The position numbers and the translations under genes are program-made. A model generated the notes under the pieces. The model ran no database searches and was not told where the DNA came from. It saw nothing but the letters and a program-made list of their open reading frames with translations. From Heterodontus francisci (taxonomy: Eukaryota), in assembly GCF_036365525.1 (NCBI RefSeq), contig NC_090376.1, positions 57,934,559 through 57,998,558 of the forward strand: a DNA stretch of 64,000 nucleotides, read 5' to 3'. This document shows positions 47,501 to 60,647 of the stretch, one piece after another. The first letter of the stretch is position 1, and each line of letters starts with the position of its first letter.

Positions 47501-48946
47501 CTCTGGGATGAATCTTATCTCCCAATAATAGATGGGTTGGGGTGTCAGGTCAGAAGTTAATATTAAAAAAATCTGAAACAAGAATCCAAGCCACCTTGAA
47601 CCTGCCCACTTCCAGAGGTGATATGAGCTGTGGATGGCTAATCCATTCATGGGAAGCAGCTTGCTCACTTAAATATTGTAATGAGGCTGCCTGCCTTCAT
47701 TTCAACAGGCATTCTATTTTTAACTCATGTAGCCCAGGTTTCCCAGGCCTTGGGAAACATGGCAGATGAGAGGAGGCGAGAAGGGCTGAATGCATAAGGT
47801 GAGTGCTTGTTCAGTTCTGCTTGTGGGCCAGGAGGAGCAGGAGTATTTTCTTCAGCTCCAACAAGCTACCCAGTAAACACCACCCTGCAATCTGTCTGCT
47901 ACCATCACCACCCTCACCATTGGACCCCCTGACCATCATCTGCCTCCCCTCTGGCCATTAATGGACACTCAATCCCATGACGGTTGTCCTCACCATCTGT
48001 CATCCCCTTTCCCACTATCTGAACACTCCCCAACCACCATCGGCCCCCCAGACCACCAATGGACCTGCCCCATAATCGGAACACCCTGCTATACTTCACT
48101 GGCAATTGGAATCCCATCCAATCTGGGCCTGCTCTTATCAGAACCACATCCCCTTCTCATGATTGGGTCCATCGCATTCATTCCTCCCCCCATTATCAGG
48201 ACCTCCCATGGTCGCAACACCCCATGATCGAAACCTCCTGCCTGTAATCAGCCTCGCAATCGGGAACACTTCCACGACCAGGGCCCCCCACCCCCCCACC
48301 CCGCTGCAATTAGGCTGACTCCTCACCATGATCAGGACCACCCACCTCTGCCCCCCACACTATACGCATTTGCTCTCCGGGGCTTCCCATCCCAACAGGT
48401 GTCTAGCCTGTCTCAATCAGGTGAAAACCTGTTCTTCTAGGTTTCTCAATCTCAAAACATCCTGCAGGCAATTTGCCTCAGGACTAACATTCAGGCCTCT
48501 GCCACTGATGGTAGATTCTGGTAACTGGCCGACGACTGATGTTAAACTGATTTGTCTGTCATTGCCTGGTTTCTATTCCTCACTCCTTCTTTATAATGGA
48601 GTGGCATTTGCAATTTTTAGGTAATTCCATAAATTAAACTTGCATATGGATGAACTAGCTTTTAACAATATACTGATTGGCTTGATTTTCATCCAGTGCA
48701 ATCACTCCGTTTTTCAATCAGTGCAATATATTTTTTCCCTAATTTTATACATGAAAGATCTTATATGGTGGACTTTATGCAAGGCAAGTTGCTGTCATTT
48801 ATCATGAAAATATTGATCCATTACCTCTTAAAAAGTTTGAGACATCCATTCTATAGCTTGTACTGTGCCTTGGGATCTGACTGCCTTTCTCCAAAACCTA
48901 CCTTATTACAACATTCTCGGAATAATAAATAAAGGTTTAATAATGA

Positions 48947-49700
48947 TGATCTGGATTTTGTGGTAGAAATAGCAGGCTAACAGCGCTCACCGTTAGTTAT
49001 CTGCAAATCAGACAGCAACCTCCAGCAACTGCACATGGGCAGTTAAATGCAGAAATCAGGAAGTCGCTCACTGAGACGCCCTTCTCCTCTCAAAGCTGTG
49101 TGATAACAGTATCTTGCTGAGAGACTCACCATTCAAATACATTGAACGACGTGAAGTTCCTGTATTTACCTCATAGATATGGATTAAAATTAACATAAAA
49201 AGTTAGGGCTTTGTCCATTCCAATGTAAGTACCCTTTTAGTGGTGTGATAAATTTTAATTACTGCCAAACAACTTCTCTGGCACTGAAAATTAACATTTG
49301 CAAATATCTAATTTTTTCAGATTTTAATTATTGTTGAAGATTTTAAAAAAATAATGAAAACTTTTTTTACATTTTTCTTGCTGTCTCGTTTATCTGTCTT
49401 AATCCAATCTTTCTTTCTCTCTCTTTATTTCACTTTCTGTTCCTGATTTTACATTGATTTCAAGACTGACACTTCTTAGTTCAAATACTGCATTGCTCAG
49501 TAATGATTCTTTTATATGATTGGTGAAGGAGATACACAGTTGCTTGGCTGTTCACACAGTTCCCAAATTCCCTATAGAGAGTGCTGCACTTTTGGTTTGC
49601 TGATCGGAACTTCCAATGCAACATCCATGGAAAGTCTAGGGGCAAATGCAAGTGTATCTTTTTGGCACCATTTGTTCACCGCTGATGGTAAAATCTGGCC
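48947..49700. mobile_element. Possible old Harbinger-like MITE
   Basis: Partial inverted termini CTGGATTTT / AAAATCTGGCC; no clear target-site duplication. Confidence 0.35.
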
Positions 49701-50971
49701 TACCACAGATTGCAGATATTAGACAGGAAGACTGAATAACTCCCAAGTTCTTCAAATTCAATTGAGATTCATTGGGCTTTCTCACAAATAAGATAATATT
49801 CTAGTTTTACAGTGTTCTATGTGCTATTCTATAGATCCTCTGGCTGTTTTAGTACATATAAGGCAAAATTGGGGGCAAAAGAAGGTGGAAGAGAGGCATT
49901 ATCATAGCTATCAAAAAGATTATCATGGTTAAGGCATATTGTGCTGGAGTTTTTGAAGAGTTATGAAACCTAACAGCAAAGTATTGCTTTCTAAATAGTA
50001 ACAGCAATACCTAATGGAGAATACTCTTGTAATAAATGGTTCAGTTTGGTGAAAAGTTTTAGATGAGGAGCTAGCTTTTAGATATAACAGAAAGTATATG
50101 TAATATTCACAAAAGCTATAATGCATGTTTTTAATGACTCACCAAATGGAATGATGCTTTCCATTCAACATCTGTGTACAAAGTTTTCATAATTACTTAT
50201 ATGCTACTATCTATAAAATATCTTTCATTCAATAAGCCTTCCTATGGAATAGTTTTCAGACGTGTTTTTCAAGCCAATTAAGATGAGAAAAATGTTGGAT
50301 AATTAAATTGTGTTGGGGAGGAGAAGTATTAGAGGCAGTACATTCAAACTACAGCAGGTTGTAACAATGGGTAAGAGCAGGGAATTACTTCCCAGTGTTT
50401 TGGTGAGACTCTACAAATTACGTTATTTCCATTGCAGTGAATAACTTTGGCATCAGGACACTGAATGCCATGTGTGGGTTGGAGTGACATCACTTACCAT
50501 TCAGATGGGTGAAGGAAAGTAGATATAACACAAGCGGATAAGTTACTAATCTGAGTGAGAACATGCTCTTAATTAGAGCTGGTCCTGGAGACTGAAAATT
50601 AGATCGGGAAATTCCTGCAGGCATTATAATCCTCACATATTCATGGTGTATGGACCTTTTGTTTAAAACTTGTAATGCCACTTTAGTACCAAAGATACCA
50701 ATGGTGTAATAAAAAACTGCAAAGGAATACTAATAAGCATTTATAATAAGTGTAACTGAGCACTTGTATTTATAATGTACAATAAAGCTATTTCAAAAAC
50801 TGAACACCATTTTTGTCATATATAGATGGATTTGGAACCTGTACCTACAGTAACGCTCTCCTGTCCATAGTGTACAACTCTTTGTGACATCTTAAAGATT
50901 TTGTAACCATTTGAATCTCTCTGTAAAATATAAGCTTATGTTTATTTGGATATGCATAGTGCATGATGTGA

Positions 50972-50977
50972 AATAAA
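50972..50977 (+). terminator. Candidate polyadenylation signal (distal GUCY1A2 3' end)
   Basis: AATAAA with upstream TGTA elements, CA about 12 nt downstream and a T/GT-rich tract at ~51022-51055; a second AATAAA at 50781. Confidence 0.45.
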
Positions 50978-51127
50978 AGGCTGCACAGCAGCACTGTGTC
51001 TGAAAGATGGTCCTGGAACTATTGGCATTTTGTTTGTTCATTTCTAATTTCTTTTAATGGCAGCTACAGTATAATAAGGAAAGAACTTTATTAATGCCAT
51101 CAACACTTATTAATGCCATCATTAATA

Positions 51128-51543
51128 TGTCAGCTGTGGCTCACTTGATAGTACTTTTGTCTCTGAGTCACAAGGTTGTAAGTGCAAAAATCAAGGCTGA
51201 CACTTATGTGCAGCACTGAGGGTGTGCTACACTGTCGGATGAGATGTTAAACCAAGGTCCTATTCTGGTGGATGTAAAAGATCCCATGGCACTATTTTGA
51301 AGAACAGCAAGGAGTTATCCCCATATCCTGGCCAATATTTATCCCTCAATCAACATCACAAAACAGATTATCTGGTCATTACCACATTGCTGTTTGTGGA
51401 CATTTGCTGTGTGCAAAATTGGCTGCCATGCTTCCTGCATTACAGTGACTACACTTCAAAAGTACTTCATTGGCTGGAAAGTGCTTTGAGATGTCCGGTG
51501 GTCATGAAGAGTGCTATATAAATGCAAGACTTTCTTTCTTTTA
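51128..51543 (+). mobile_element. DeuSINE-type SINE (AmnSINE1/SacSINE1-like)
   Basis: A-box-like TGGCTCACTTGA; Deu-domain-like GGATGAGATGTTAAACCAAGG...GTAAAAGATCCCATGGCACTATTT...ATTGCTGTTTGTGG; tail GCTATATAAATGCAAG(TCTT)n. Recognised from memory of the consensus. Confidence 0.7.
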
Positions 51544-53036
51544 ATTGTGTCATACAAATCACCAGTTATTCAATCTCTCAGAGGTGCTTTCCAATGTGAG
51601 CAATCAGTAATCATGATTAATGGAGTGCCTGCACTTGGACATTCTTTCTCTCAGATAGAGAAATAGCAAGTGTGTCACATTCCAATTAAATGTCTGTTGT
51701 CATAATTTGATACAGAACAATTTTGAAGGAAAACAATAAGTGTGTGTGTGTACTTAATGGAAAGATACTGAAGATTGTGAATGAACAGAGACCTTGGAGT
51801 TCAAATAATGATTCCCTGGAAGTCTGAGTGCAGGTGGATTAAGTCATAAAACTGCAAGTTTTAATCCTTCAAGTTGGACAGGAAATCCCTATGCTGTGCC
51901 AAAAAAGTATACTTCTTCCCTGCCTGCATGTGGAAGGCTGTGGAGAACTCCACAGGTCTAACCACCCTACAGCAGTGACTCAGAGAAGAGTATGTGCTGG
52001 CACAGATGCTGAAAATGTCAGTACAAATGATGGGTGATAGTAGAATTACAGAATAGAAAAGCTTAACTCTGTTAGCATCTGCTCTATATCTGACACTGAC
52101 ACAGCATGCAAAAACATTAGATTGCATTTCCCAGCATTGAAATCCTTCACAAAAAATACCTAAAGAACAAGTAAATCCATGAAGAATAGAACATTCTTGG
52201 AGTAGCACAGCACCACAGTACATTGGTGTCCAAATAGAGTCTTCTGTGGAGTGTCATTCAGAACAGAAGACTACATTTGCAATTCTCTAAAAGCTGAGTT
52301 CTCAATCAGCAATGTAGCCATGGGGAGCCACTGAGCGGAGACAAAGAATTCTCTAAACAAAAGATGGAACAATCAGAGGAAGAGTTGCCTCAATATGTTC
52401 TTGTGCAAGCAATTGGTAGGACATATTTAATCTCTTTTGGCCAACAATAGTCAATTACAAAAGAAGAACTAAAGATCGGTGGGGGGCGGGGGGTGGTGGT
52501 GGTGAGGAACAGGGAGAAACTAAATAAACAAATGTCTTACAAGAGAAGTTTACACAGGGAGAATGTGCTGGAACTCCAATGCAGTTTCACAACTTCATTT
52601 CTCCATGCAGTGAATCTTCATTCTCAACCATTCAGTTGCTGGGGTGAAGGCAGGTATTTCTAATAGAGGTCATACGTTTTCCAATGGCGTGAGAATCTGT
52701 CATCCTGGGTGCTGGCATTGGGTCTTTTCAATTGGGGAAGATGCATGTTGGAGGAATTTTTGTGAAAGGAAAGGAAAATAATTAAGAAGCAACAATTTTA
52801 TTATAGAGTTTCTGTTCATTCAACAAGGTAAACAGTAAATGTTATTTGAGGATTGTATGCACCTGAAATTCTACATACTGGGTGTGAGAATCCTTTGGTA
52901 ATGTCTCAAAATTATAGTCTGCCTAATGGCTTGCAATTCCTTTCACAATCCAATACCTTGAATAAGAATTTTAATAAGAAAATAATTGTTGCTCATAGCA
53001 AATAAACTAATATACTTAAGCAGCACTTCAAGGTCT

Positions 53037-53050
53037 GTTTCCATGGTAAC
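53037..53050. promoter_or_regulatory. RFX X-box consensus match
   Basis: GTTTCCATGGTAAC matches GTTNCCATGGNAAC, in apparently non-repeat sequence. Confidence 0.4.
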
Positions 53051-53636
53051 CTTAACTAAATTCAGCAGCATGTGAATGTAGATCCTGCAGCAAGATTAAA
53101 CAAAATTTAGTTATCTCAGTCACAATTTAAAAATAGATCTAAAATGCTGCAGAAAAATAGCACTAAACCAGTAGCCTTTGTGCATATTTAACTGATTAAA
53201 GGAAGTTTACAAACTCGCTGAGTCCCAGTGATTGCTATAATTTAACACCTTCTGTCTCAGCTGAGCCAATTAGGAGTTAAGAGGTAGCTCAATATTGAGA
53301 GGGTTATTTTGGTGACAGGGTGAAAACAGATGCTAAAAGTCACACCTGTTTGAAAGTTTGGTTTTAGAATGCAATTTTGGTTCTAATTGATGATTACCAT
53401 AATTTGAACTTACCTGGAGGTGCGAAAACAGAGACACACCTGCAGTTTAACACTCGAGTGCTGATTTCGACACAATTTTGTGGAGCAGTCTTTGTGGACT
53501 GCGTTCATTGGGGGAATAAATTGGATGACCCCAGAAACCAGGCACAGGGATCATGATGTGTGATTACTCATTCAATGCAATGCAGGTAGTAAGGCCTCTT
53601 TGTGGTGTCTGCTCATTATCATGATTTTGTTTGGTG

Positions 53637-56600
53637 TATGGCTCGGTGACGTCTTCTGCGGAAAAACACCTTTGACCACCGGTCCATCAGGCAGTGGTCT
53701 GCACGGAATGTCCTCAAGGCCCTACGGGAAAAGGAAACGGTGGATCCTGTCGGATGGTTCCCCGAGCAGACCGTCAAAGTCATTTGGCGGAATGCCTCAT
53801 CACCAGAACTTTCAAACAAGCACCAAGACGTAGCTTGGCTGGTGGTGAGAAGGGCCCTCCCCGTCAGATCCTTCATGCACACCCGAAGTCTCGCCCCCTC
53901 CGCACAGTGCCCCCGCGTTGGCTGTGGTGGGGAAGAGACGGTCGCCCACCTCCTCCTGGAATGTGCCTTTGCAAAGCAGGTGTGGAAAGAGATGCAGTGG
54001 TTTTTGTCAAGGTTCATCCCAAGCAGCTCTGTAACACAGGAGTCTGTGCTCTACGGGCTGTTCCCAGGGACGCACACCGAGACAAACATCAACTGCTGCT
54101 GGAGGACTATCAATTCGGTGAAAGACGCCCTTTGGTCTGCCCGAAACTTGCTGGTCTTCCAGCGCAAAGAGTTGTCCACCACCGAATGTTGCAGACTGGC
54201 ACATTCCAAGGTCCAGGACTACGTGCTGAGGGACGCACTAAAGCTTGGGGCAGCCGCAGCAAAGGCTCAATGGGGAAAGACCACAGTGTAAGGTTCCCCC
54301 ACCAAGCTGGACTGAGGGGCTGGAACCATGGGAAGCCCCTCGAACTGTATCGTTAATATTCTCAATTGCTGTAAATGTAAAACTGTAATTGACATGACAA
54401 TTGTGAAACGGAAGGGTTGGGAAGAAACTCATGACATTATTGAAAGAAACTGATCTCTTTTGCAATGTTTGTATTTTTTCGTGCTGTTTGGAAACTGTTT
54501 GGCAATGTAATTTTTACAGATTTTTATGAATAAAGTATATTTTGGGAAAAAAAAATGGCTCGGTGACGTCTTCGCAGTCCAACTTACTAAGGATCAGCAA
54601 ATCCTTTTATGCTGGGCTGTATGACGCGAAGCCCACAGACAGCAGAGCCTCCCAGTCCTTCCTGTCATCTATCACAGAGGTCTTAGATGACAGCAGGAGG
54701 GAGAGACTGGACAAGCCGCTAACTCTGGATGAGCTGACAAAGGCCGTCGAGACCTTCGAGACGAGTAAAACTCCCGGAAGTGACGGCTTACCGGTCGAGT
54801 TGTACTCGGCCCTATGGGACTGGGTCGGCCCGGACCTGCTGGAAGTATACGAGAGTATGCTCCTGGCTGGCAGCATGTCAGAATCCATGAGGAAAGGCAT
54901 CATCACCCTCATTTACAAGCTGAAGGTGAGAGGGCAGAAATCAGAAATTGGCGGCCCATCTCACTGCTTAATGTTGACAACAAGATTCTGTCCAAAGTCA
55001 TAGCCAGTCGAGTCAAGTCTGCTCTGGATTTGGTGATCCACCCCGATCAGACCTGTACTGTACCCGGCAGGAAGATCTCTGATAGTCTCGCGCTACTCAG
55101 GGATACGATCGCCTACGTACGGGACAGGAGGGTGGACGCATACCTCATCAGCCTGGACCAGGAGAAGCTTTTGACAGGATATCGCAGACCTACATGATGG
55201 ACGTGCTTTCCAAAATGGGGTTTGGGGAGGGAATCTGCAATTGGATCAAACTGCTCTACACAAACATCAGTAGCGCAGTCTCAATCAATGGATGGGAATC
55301 GGAAAGTTTCCCGATCCAATCTGGAGTCAGACAGGGCTGTCCTCTCTCCCCGGTCTTGTTTGTTTGCTGTATTGAACCCTTTGCTGAGTCTATTAGGAAG
55401 GATGCAAGCATAAGAGGGGTGACAATCCCAGGCAGCGGAGGCACTCAGGTTAAAACCGCCCTATACATGGATGACGTCGCCATCTTCTGCTCGGATCTGC
55501 TGTCTGTGCGCAGACTGATGAGCATCTGCGACCAGTTCGAACTGGCCTCGGGAGCCAAAGTTAACCACGGCAAGAGTGAGGCCATGTTCTTTGGGAACTG
55601 GGCTGACCGATCCTTTGTCCCCTTCACCGTCAGGTCAGACTACCTGAAGGTGCTGGGGATATGGTTCGGAAGGGCCGGGGCGTGCACCAAAATCTGGGAG
55701 GAGCGAGTAGCCAAGGTACAACAAAAGTTGAGCATGTGGAGGCAGCGATCTCTTACCATTGTGGGTTTGAACCTGGTCATCAGGTGCGAGGCGCTCACGT
55801 TGTTGCTGTACGTGGCGCAGGTCTGGCCCATATCCCACTCCTGCGCTGTGGCGGTCACCCGAGCCATTTTCCGCTTCATCTGGGGATCTAAAATGGACAC
55901 GATGTTCAAACCTCTGGATAAGGGCGGGAAAAACGTACCCAACGTGGCCCTCATCCTGATGACCACCTTCGTGTGCAGCTGCATCAAGCTGTGTGTAGAC
56001 CTCCAGTACGCAAACTCCAAGTGTTGAGGTTCTATCTGTCCCCGGTGTTGCGAAGGATGGGCCTGGTCACATTGCCGCGGAACGCTCCATGCAGTTGGAC
56101 CGTGCCGTACCACCTATCCTTCGTGGAGCAGTTTCTGCGGGAAAACACCTTTGACCACCAATCCATCAGGCAGTGGTCTGCACGGAATGTCTTCAAGGCC
56201 CTACGGAAAAGGAGACGGTGGATCCTGTCGGATGGTTACCCGAGCAGACCGCCAAAGTCATTTAGCAGAATGCCTCATCACCAGAACTTTCAAACAAGCA
56301 CCAAGATGTAGCTTGGCTGGTGGTGAGAAGAGCCATCCCTGTCAGATCCTTCCTGCACGCCCGAAGTCTCGCCCCCTCTGCGCAATGCCTCCGCGGTGGC
56401 TGTGGTGGGGAAGAGACGGTTGCCCACCTCCTCCTGGAATGTGTCTTTGCAAAGCAGGTGTGGAAAGAGATGTAGTGGTTTTTTGTCGAGGTTCATCCCA
56501 AGCAGCTCTGTAACACAGGAGTCTGTGCTCGACGGGCTGTTCCCAGGGACGCACACCGAGACAAACATCAACTGCTGCTGGAGGACTATCAATTCGGTGA

Positions 56601-57034
56601 AAGACACCCTTTGGTCTGCCCAAAACTTGTTGGTCTTCCAACGCAAAGTGTTGTCCACCACCGAATGTTGCAGACTGGCACATTCCAAGGTCCAGGACTA
56701 CGTGCTGAGGGACGCACTAAAGCTTGGGGCAGCCGCAGCAAAGGCTCAATGGGGAAAGACCGCTGTGTAAGGTCCCCCCACCAAGCTGAACTGAGGGGCT
56801 GGATCCATGGGAAACCCCTCAAACTGTATCGGGAAAATTTTGTGTGCTGTAAATGTAAAAATGTAATTGGCATGACAAATGTGAAATGGAAGGGTTGTGA
56901 AGCAACTCAGGATTGTATTGAAGGAAACTGATCACGTATGCACTGTTTGTATTTTTTGGTGCTGTTTGAAACTGTTTGGCAATGTAATTTTTATAGATTT
57001 TTATGAAAAGTATATTTTGGAAATAAAAAAAAAA
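53637..57034 (+). mobile_element. 5'-truncated Tx1-clade LINE (outer, older copy)
   Basis: KTPGSDGLPVELY, NWRPISLLNVD, GVRQGCPLSP, YMDD and a C-terminal zinc finger; poly(A) at ~57025-57034; duplication GATTTTGTTTGGTG at 53623-53636 and 57035-57048; several frameshifts. Confidence 0.9.
53657..54554 (+). mobile_element. 5'-truncated Tx1-clade LINE (inner, younger copy)
   Basis: Open ORF 53740..54291 with CPRVGCGGEETVAHLLLEC; AATAAA plus poly(A); 19-bp duplication ATGGCTCGGTGACGTCTTC at 53638-53656 and 54555-54573. Confidence 0.9.
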
Positions 57035-57437
57035 GATTTTGTTTGGTGCAATCAGAGCTAAATGATTGGTTCAATATCAGCGGGAGCGGGAGGGGTCAAA
57101 ATTGTTACTGTTAGCACTGCTTAAAAGGGAGGTACATTGTGGCTGGAACAGGTGCTGAGAGTCCTTTTGGGAGTTGAATCTGACCTGGGAAAGTGGGAAG
57201 AATAGCTGAATGGGGGAGAATGTGGGCACCCAGGTTTTCTTGTTAAACTGAAATCAAAATACTTCGCATGCTGAAATCTGAAAGAAAATGAAAGAAAAAT
57301 TTGAAAGAGAAAACCTGTTGCAAGCCTCACACCCACATCTCACAGATTGTGCACACTGGCAGATATTCAACCATGCCAATCACATCACCCAAACAGATTG
57401 CATGACGCTCACTGACACACTTCCTTCTTTCTTGCAG

Positions 57438-58330
57438 GAAAAGGTGGCACACAACTGGAGGTGGCAGGAACTAACTGGAGGACATGAAGTGTGGCTGCAT
57501 CCTCTAACCCCCATGGAGGAGACAGTGATGGAAGAGACCTAATCAGATGACCAGTGCTGAGGAGGGGACAAATCCATTGTAGATAACGGTATCGTCCAAT
57601 TCATACCTAATCCTCATTCTCATATCACACCTCTCCTCATCCCATACTCTTCTGATTTATAAGCTGCAGATGGTATAAGCATATACCTCTTACTTTCCCT
57701 CCTCTCCTCACTACAAACTTACCCTTGTGCCTTTTTCCTTTCAGATACCCAAAACGTGGAAGTGACTAGGCAGTGGAAGAAGACCAAGAAGACAGTGATG
57801 ATGAAGGTGCACCATCATTTGATTTCTCACTCACAGCCAGCAGTTTAGATACTGACACAGCAAGTATCTTAGAGGATGGATTAGAAGCAGAATATGCAAG
57901 TGGTGAGATACTGGGCATCAGTGTGCTGCAGCCAGTGCAATGGGCAAGGATAGCACAGGTGCCAACTTGCCAGAGAGCAAGATTGCTCACAAGTTCTGCT
58001 GCAGAGGTTGCAGATGAGGACTTTGGGCCAGCCTACAGAAAGCTGATGGGTGTACACAATGAACTGCTTGGTACATTGGGAAGCCTGCCAGAAAGCCTGT
58101 GTTCAATGTCAAGGAGCATGGAGGAGTCTGGTACTAACTTGGCACTGGGTTCTGCACAGAGCTTAGAGTCAATCCATTCCAGTATGGAAGTGTTGACCAA
58201 TTCTATGAACACACTTGTGGACCCAATCATGATGCAGCATTTAATGGCTGATGTCTCAGCTTCTATTGCAGAACAAATAGCTTCATGGCTGTGGATTATA
58301 GTGTTCAAAGGGACTTTCAGGGTAGCAAAG
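57438..58330 (+). pseudogene. Harbinger accessory (Myb/SANT-like) gene remnant with introns
   Basis: Acceptors CTTGCAG|GAAAAG (EKVAHNWR...LTGG) and TTTCAG|ATACCC; ORF 57773..58414 is homologous to 63127..63501; convergent with the transposase. Confidence 0.6.
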
Positions 58331-58369
58331 CAGTCTAGCAATCTGTGCTCCAACAATCTTGAGACACAC

Positions 58370-59288
58370 TCAGCCCAGTACTGCAGGGTTCCTCCAGAGC
58401 GGTCCAGACAGTAGAATCATTATTTCAGCATGCCAATGGTCTGCTCCATCATACTACTTGTGGCAGCATGGCTGTCATAGTATGAATGGTTTGCAGTTGT
58501 ACATGGGCTGTGAACTGGAGCCATGTCTTCAGGGAATACCCCTAATCATCCACTACCCTTTGGTTTGCCTTGGTGACTGAAATACAGCTGGCATAGCAAA
58601 CTACCATAGAATAAGGCATCATAACAGCTGCTAGGATACCATTGCCCTGCATGATGCGCTGCCCGTTGTCTCACACCAGCTGCACTTTAAGGGAGCGGAA
58701 TCCCTTTCGGTTCTGTACATTTCACAGTTGACATGCGGTGCCTGCAGAGCAATGTGTGCAATCAATGACACCCTGCACTATGGGGAAGCCTGCAAACATT
58801 GCAAACTATGCTTGCTCTGTCTGCTTGTCTCTGACAAGAGAGAATGAAATGAATTTGTCTCTTTTTGAGTAGAGAGCCTCAGTGATTTCTCTTTCGCAAC
58901 AGTGGATTGCAAGCTGCCAGATATTGCTAATATCTCCAACACCAGCCTGGATAGAGCCAGGCATATAACATTTCATGCCCACTGTCACCTTAACAACCAC
59001 TGGCAATGCAGTTGTTGCCCTACTTGGAGGTTGGAATTGCGGCTGCAATAGTTGACAGATTTTAGTGAAGCGCTGATGTCTCAAACATTGGTTGTGGCTG
59101 AGGTTCAGGTAGCAGAATGCTTCCTGTACACCTTGGGCATATATTGCCTCCTGCTGAGCGCCCTTCTGCTTTTCCTCCTCCTCCTCCCTCTTCCAGCAGC
59201 TTGTCTTGCTCTGTGGCCTCTCTTCATTCTCCAAGTCATGCTGTATCCTTAGAGAAATGTCTATAAGGGCAGTCATGTCTGGGAGCAA
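58370..59288 (-). pseudogene. Harbinger/PIF DDE transposase pseudogene (HARBI1-like)
   Basis: ALPVVVKVTV...GSIQAGVGDISNI, then AGFPIVQGVIDCTH, NRKGFRSLKVQLV and YPSSCYDA, with stops and frameshifts. Confidence 0.85.
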
Positions 59289-60647
59289 CTGGTTTGTGCA
59301 AAAGCCTTCAAGTCAGCAGAAAGTACTTCAGGAGCTCCCATACCACTCCCTGTAGACTTTTGAAACTTGAAACAATTATGGAAAGCATCAAAAATGTGTA
59401 GAATTGTAGCAACCGCCAGGAGAAATTAACAGTAACTAACCTGTAAGCAGCCGATAATCCTTTAAATAGAGCCTATATGGTGGGGGGGGTGGGGGGGGAG
59501 GGGGTCCTTCATGCCATTGAACAGGTGTTTCACTGTGCATGCTTGAGAGGGCATTGGCTGGAGCATGGAACTCCAAAATGGCAGCACTGGTGTCAAATCA
59601 GTGTTGCACACTAATTGAACATTATGATCTGCCTGCTTTGTATACTTACAACAGACATTAACTGCATGCATGCTGATATTGCTACCAAGATGCCATCTGG
59701 CATGCTACATGTCAGAAGTGTACCCGAGTCCAATTTGTTGCGCACCCACTTCCACTGAAGGTGTGGATTGTGCTGGCTGATGCATGGCGGCATATTTCAG
59801 GATGGCTCGGGGACCAAGTGAGAGGGTGCACAGGTTATTAAACACAGTACTGGAGGTTCCGAGGAGGATGGATGTCCTGTGCTCACGGTGGGGGGGTGGG
59901 GGAGAAAGTAGTCCACCTCGCCCTCTTGTCCCCCCTGTCCATCACTCCTGTTAGCAGCTGGTGCTGCTCTACTTGGCCTCATGTCCTCCTGTCCTCCTGC
60001 TGTTTCCCCTACAGACTAAGGGGACCCCTAGCAAGATGCCAATGACCAAGCACTCCCTTTCTCCTGGTGACTCCATAAGGTAGAGTAGCACAGCCCTTAC
60101 ACTTTTTAGGTGAAGTCCTCCGAGAACTTCCTGAATAATTGGTGAAGTCTTAACAAAGCATCCCAGAAAGTCTCCTGATGTGTTTCAAAAGGCCTTTTCA
60201 AACCTGCAGCAGCAAGTGAACAGTAAAAGGTGATGTACCTTTAAGTGGTACTCAATCTTCTGCAATAACTAGTTTACTCACAATCAGCTAGTCGCTGTTA
60301 GGAGATAGCTTTCATTCAAGTGCTGGCCTCAAAAATACATTGCAACCTACTTAATGAGCACTAACAGGCAATTTAAGTGGCCATCAGCTGCTTAACAAGC
60401 CTCCAGGCAGCCATTTCTAGTGCAAGCTTCAACTCCTTTACCAAGATGGCATCTTGCACTAAATGCAGGCTAGATCGGCACTTCAGCTTAAGACCCCATG
60501 TTGGCCACAGTGGAGGCTCTTTAGTCCCTAAAGTATCTGGGGAAAACCATCCCCTAAGTAACAAATATCTGCTATACCAATACCTAAATCAAATGACATC
60601 AATTGACACTAATACATTAATCCCATTGATTTGTAGTTTATTAATCA

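Larger units (their letters stand above)
53300..59760. mobile_element. Relic autonomous-type Harbinger transposon interrupted by Tx1 LINEs (boundaries uncertain)
   Basis: Convergent accessory gene (+) and DDE transposase (-) remnants at 57438-59288; termini not resolved. Confidence 0.55.

Noticed and set aside
58370-59288. Domesticated HARBI1 host gene
   Set aside because: Multiple stops and frameshifts plus the adjacent convergent accessory gene indicate a decayed transposon.
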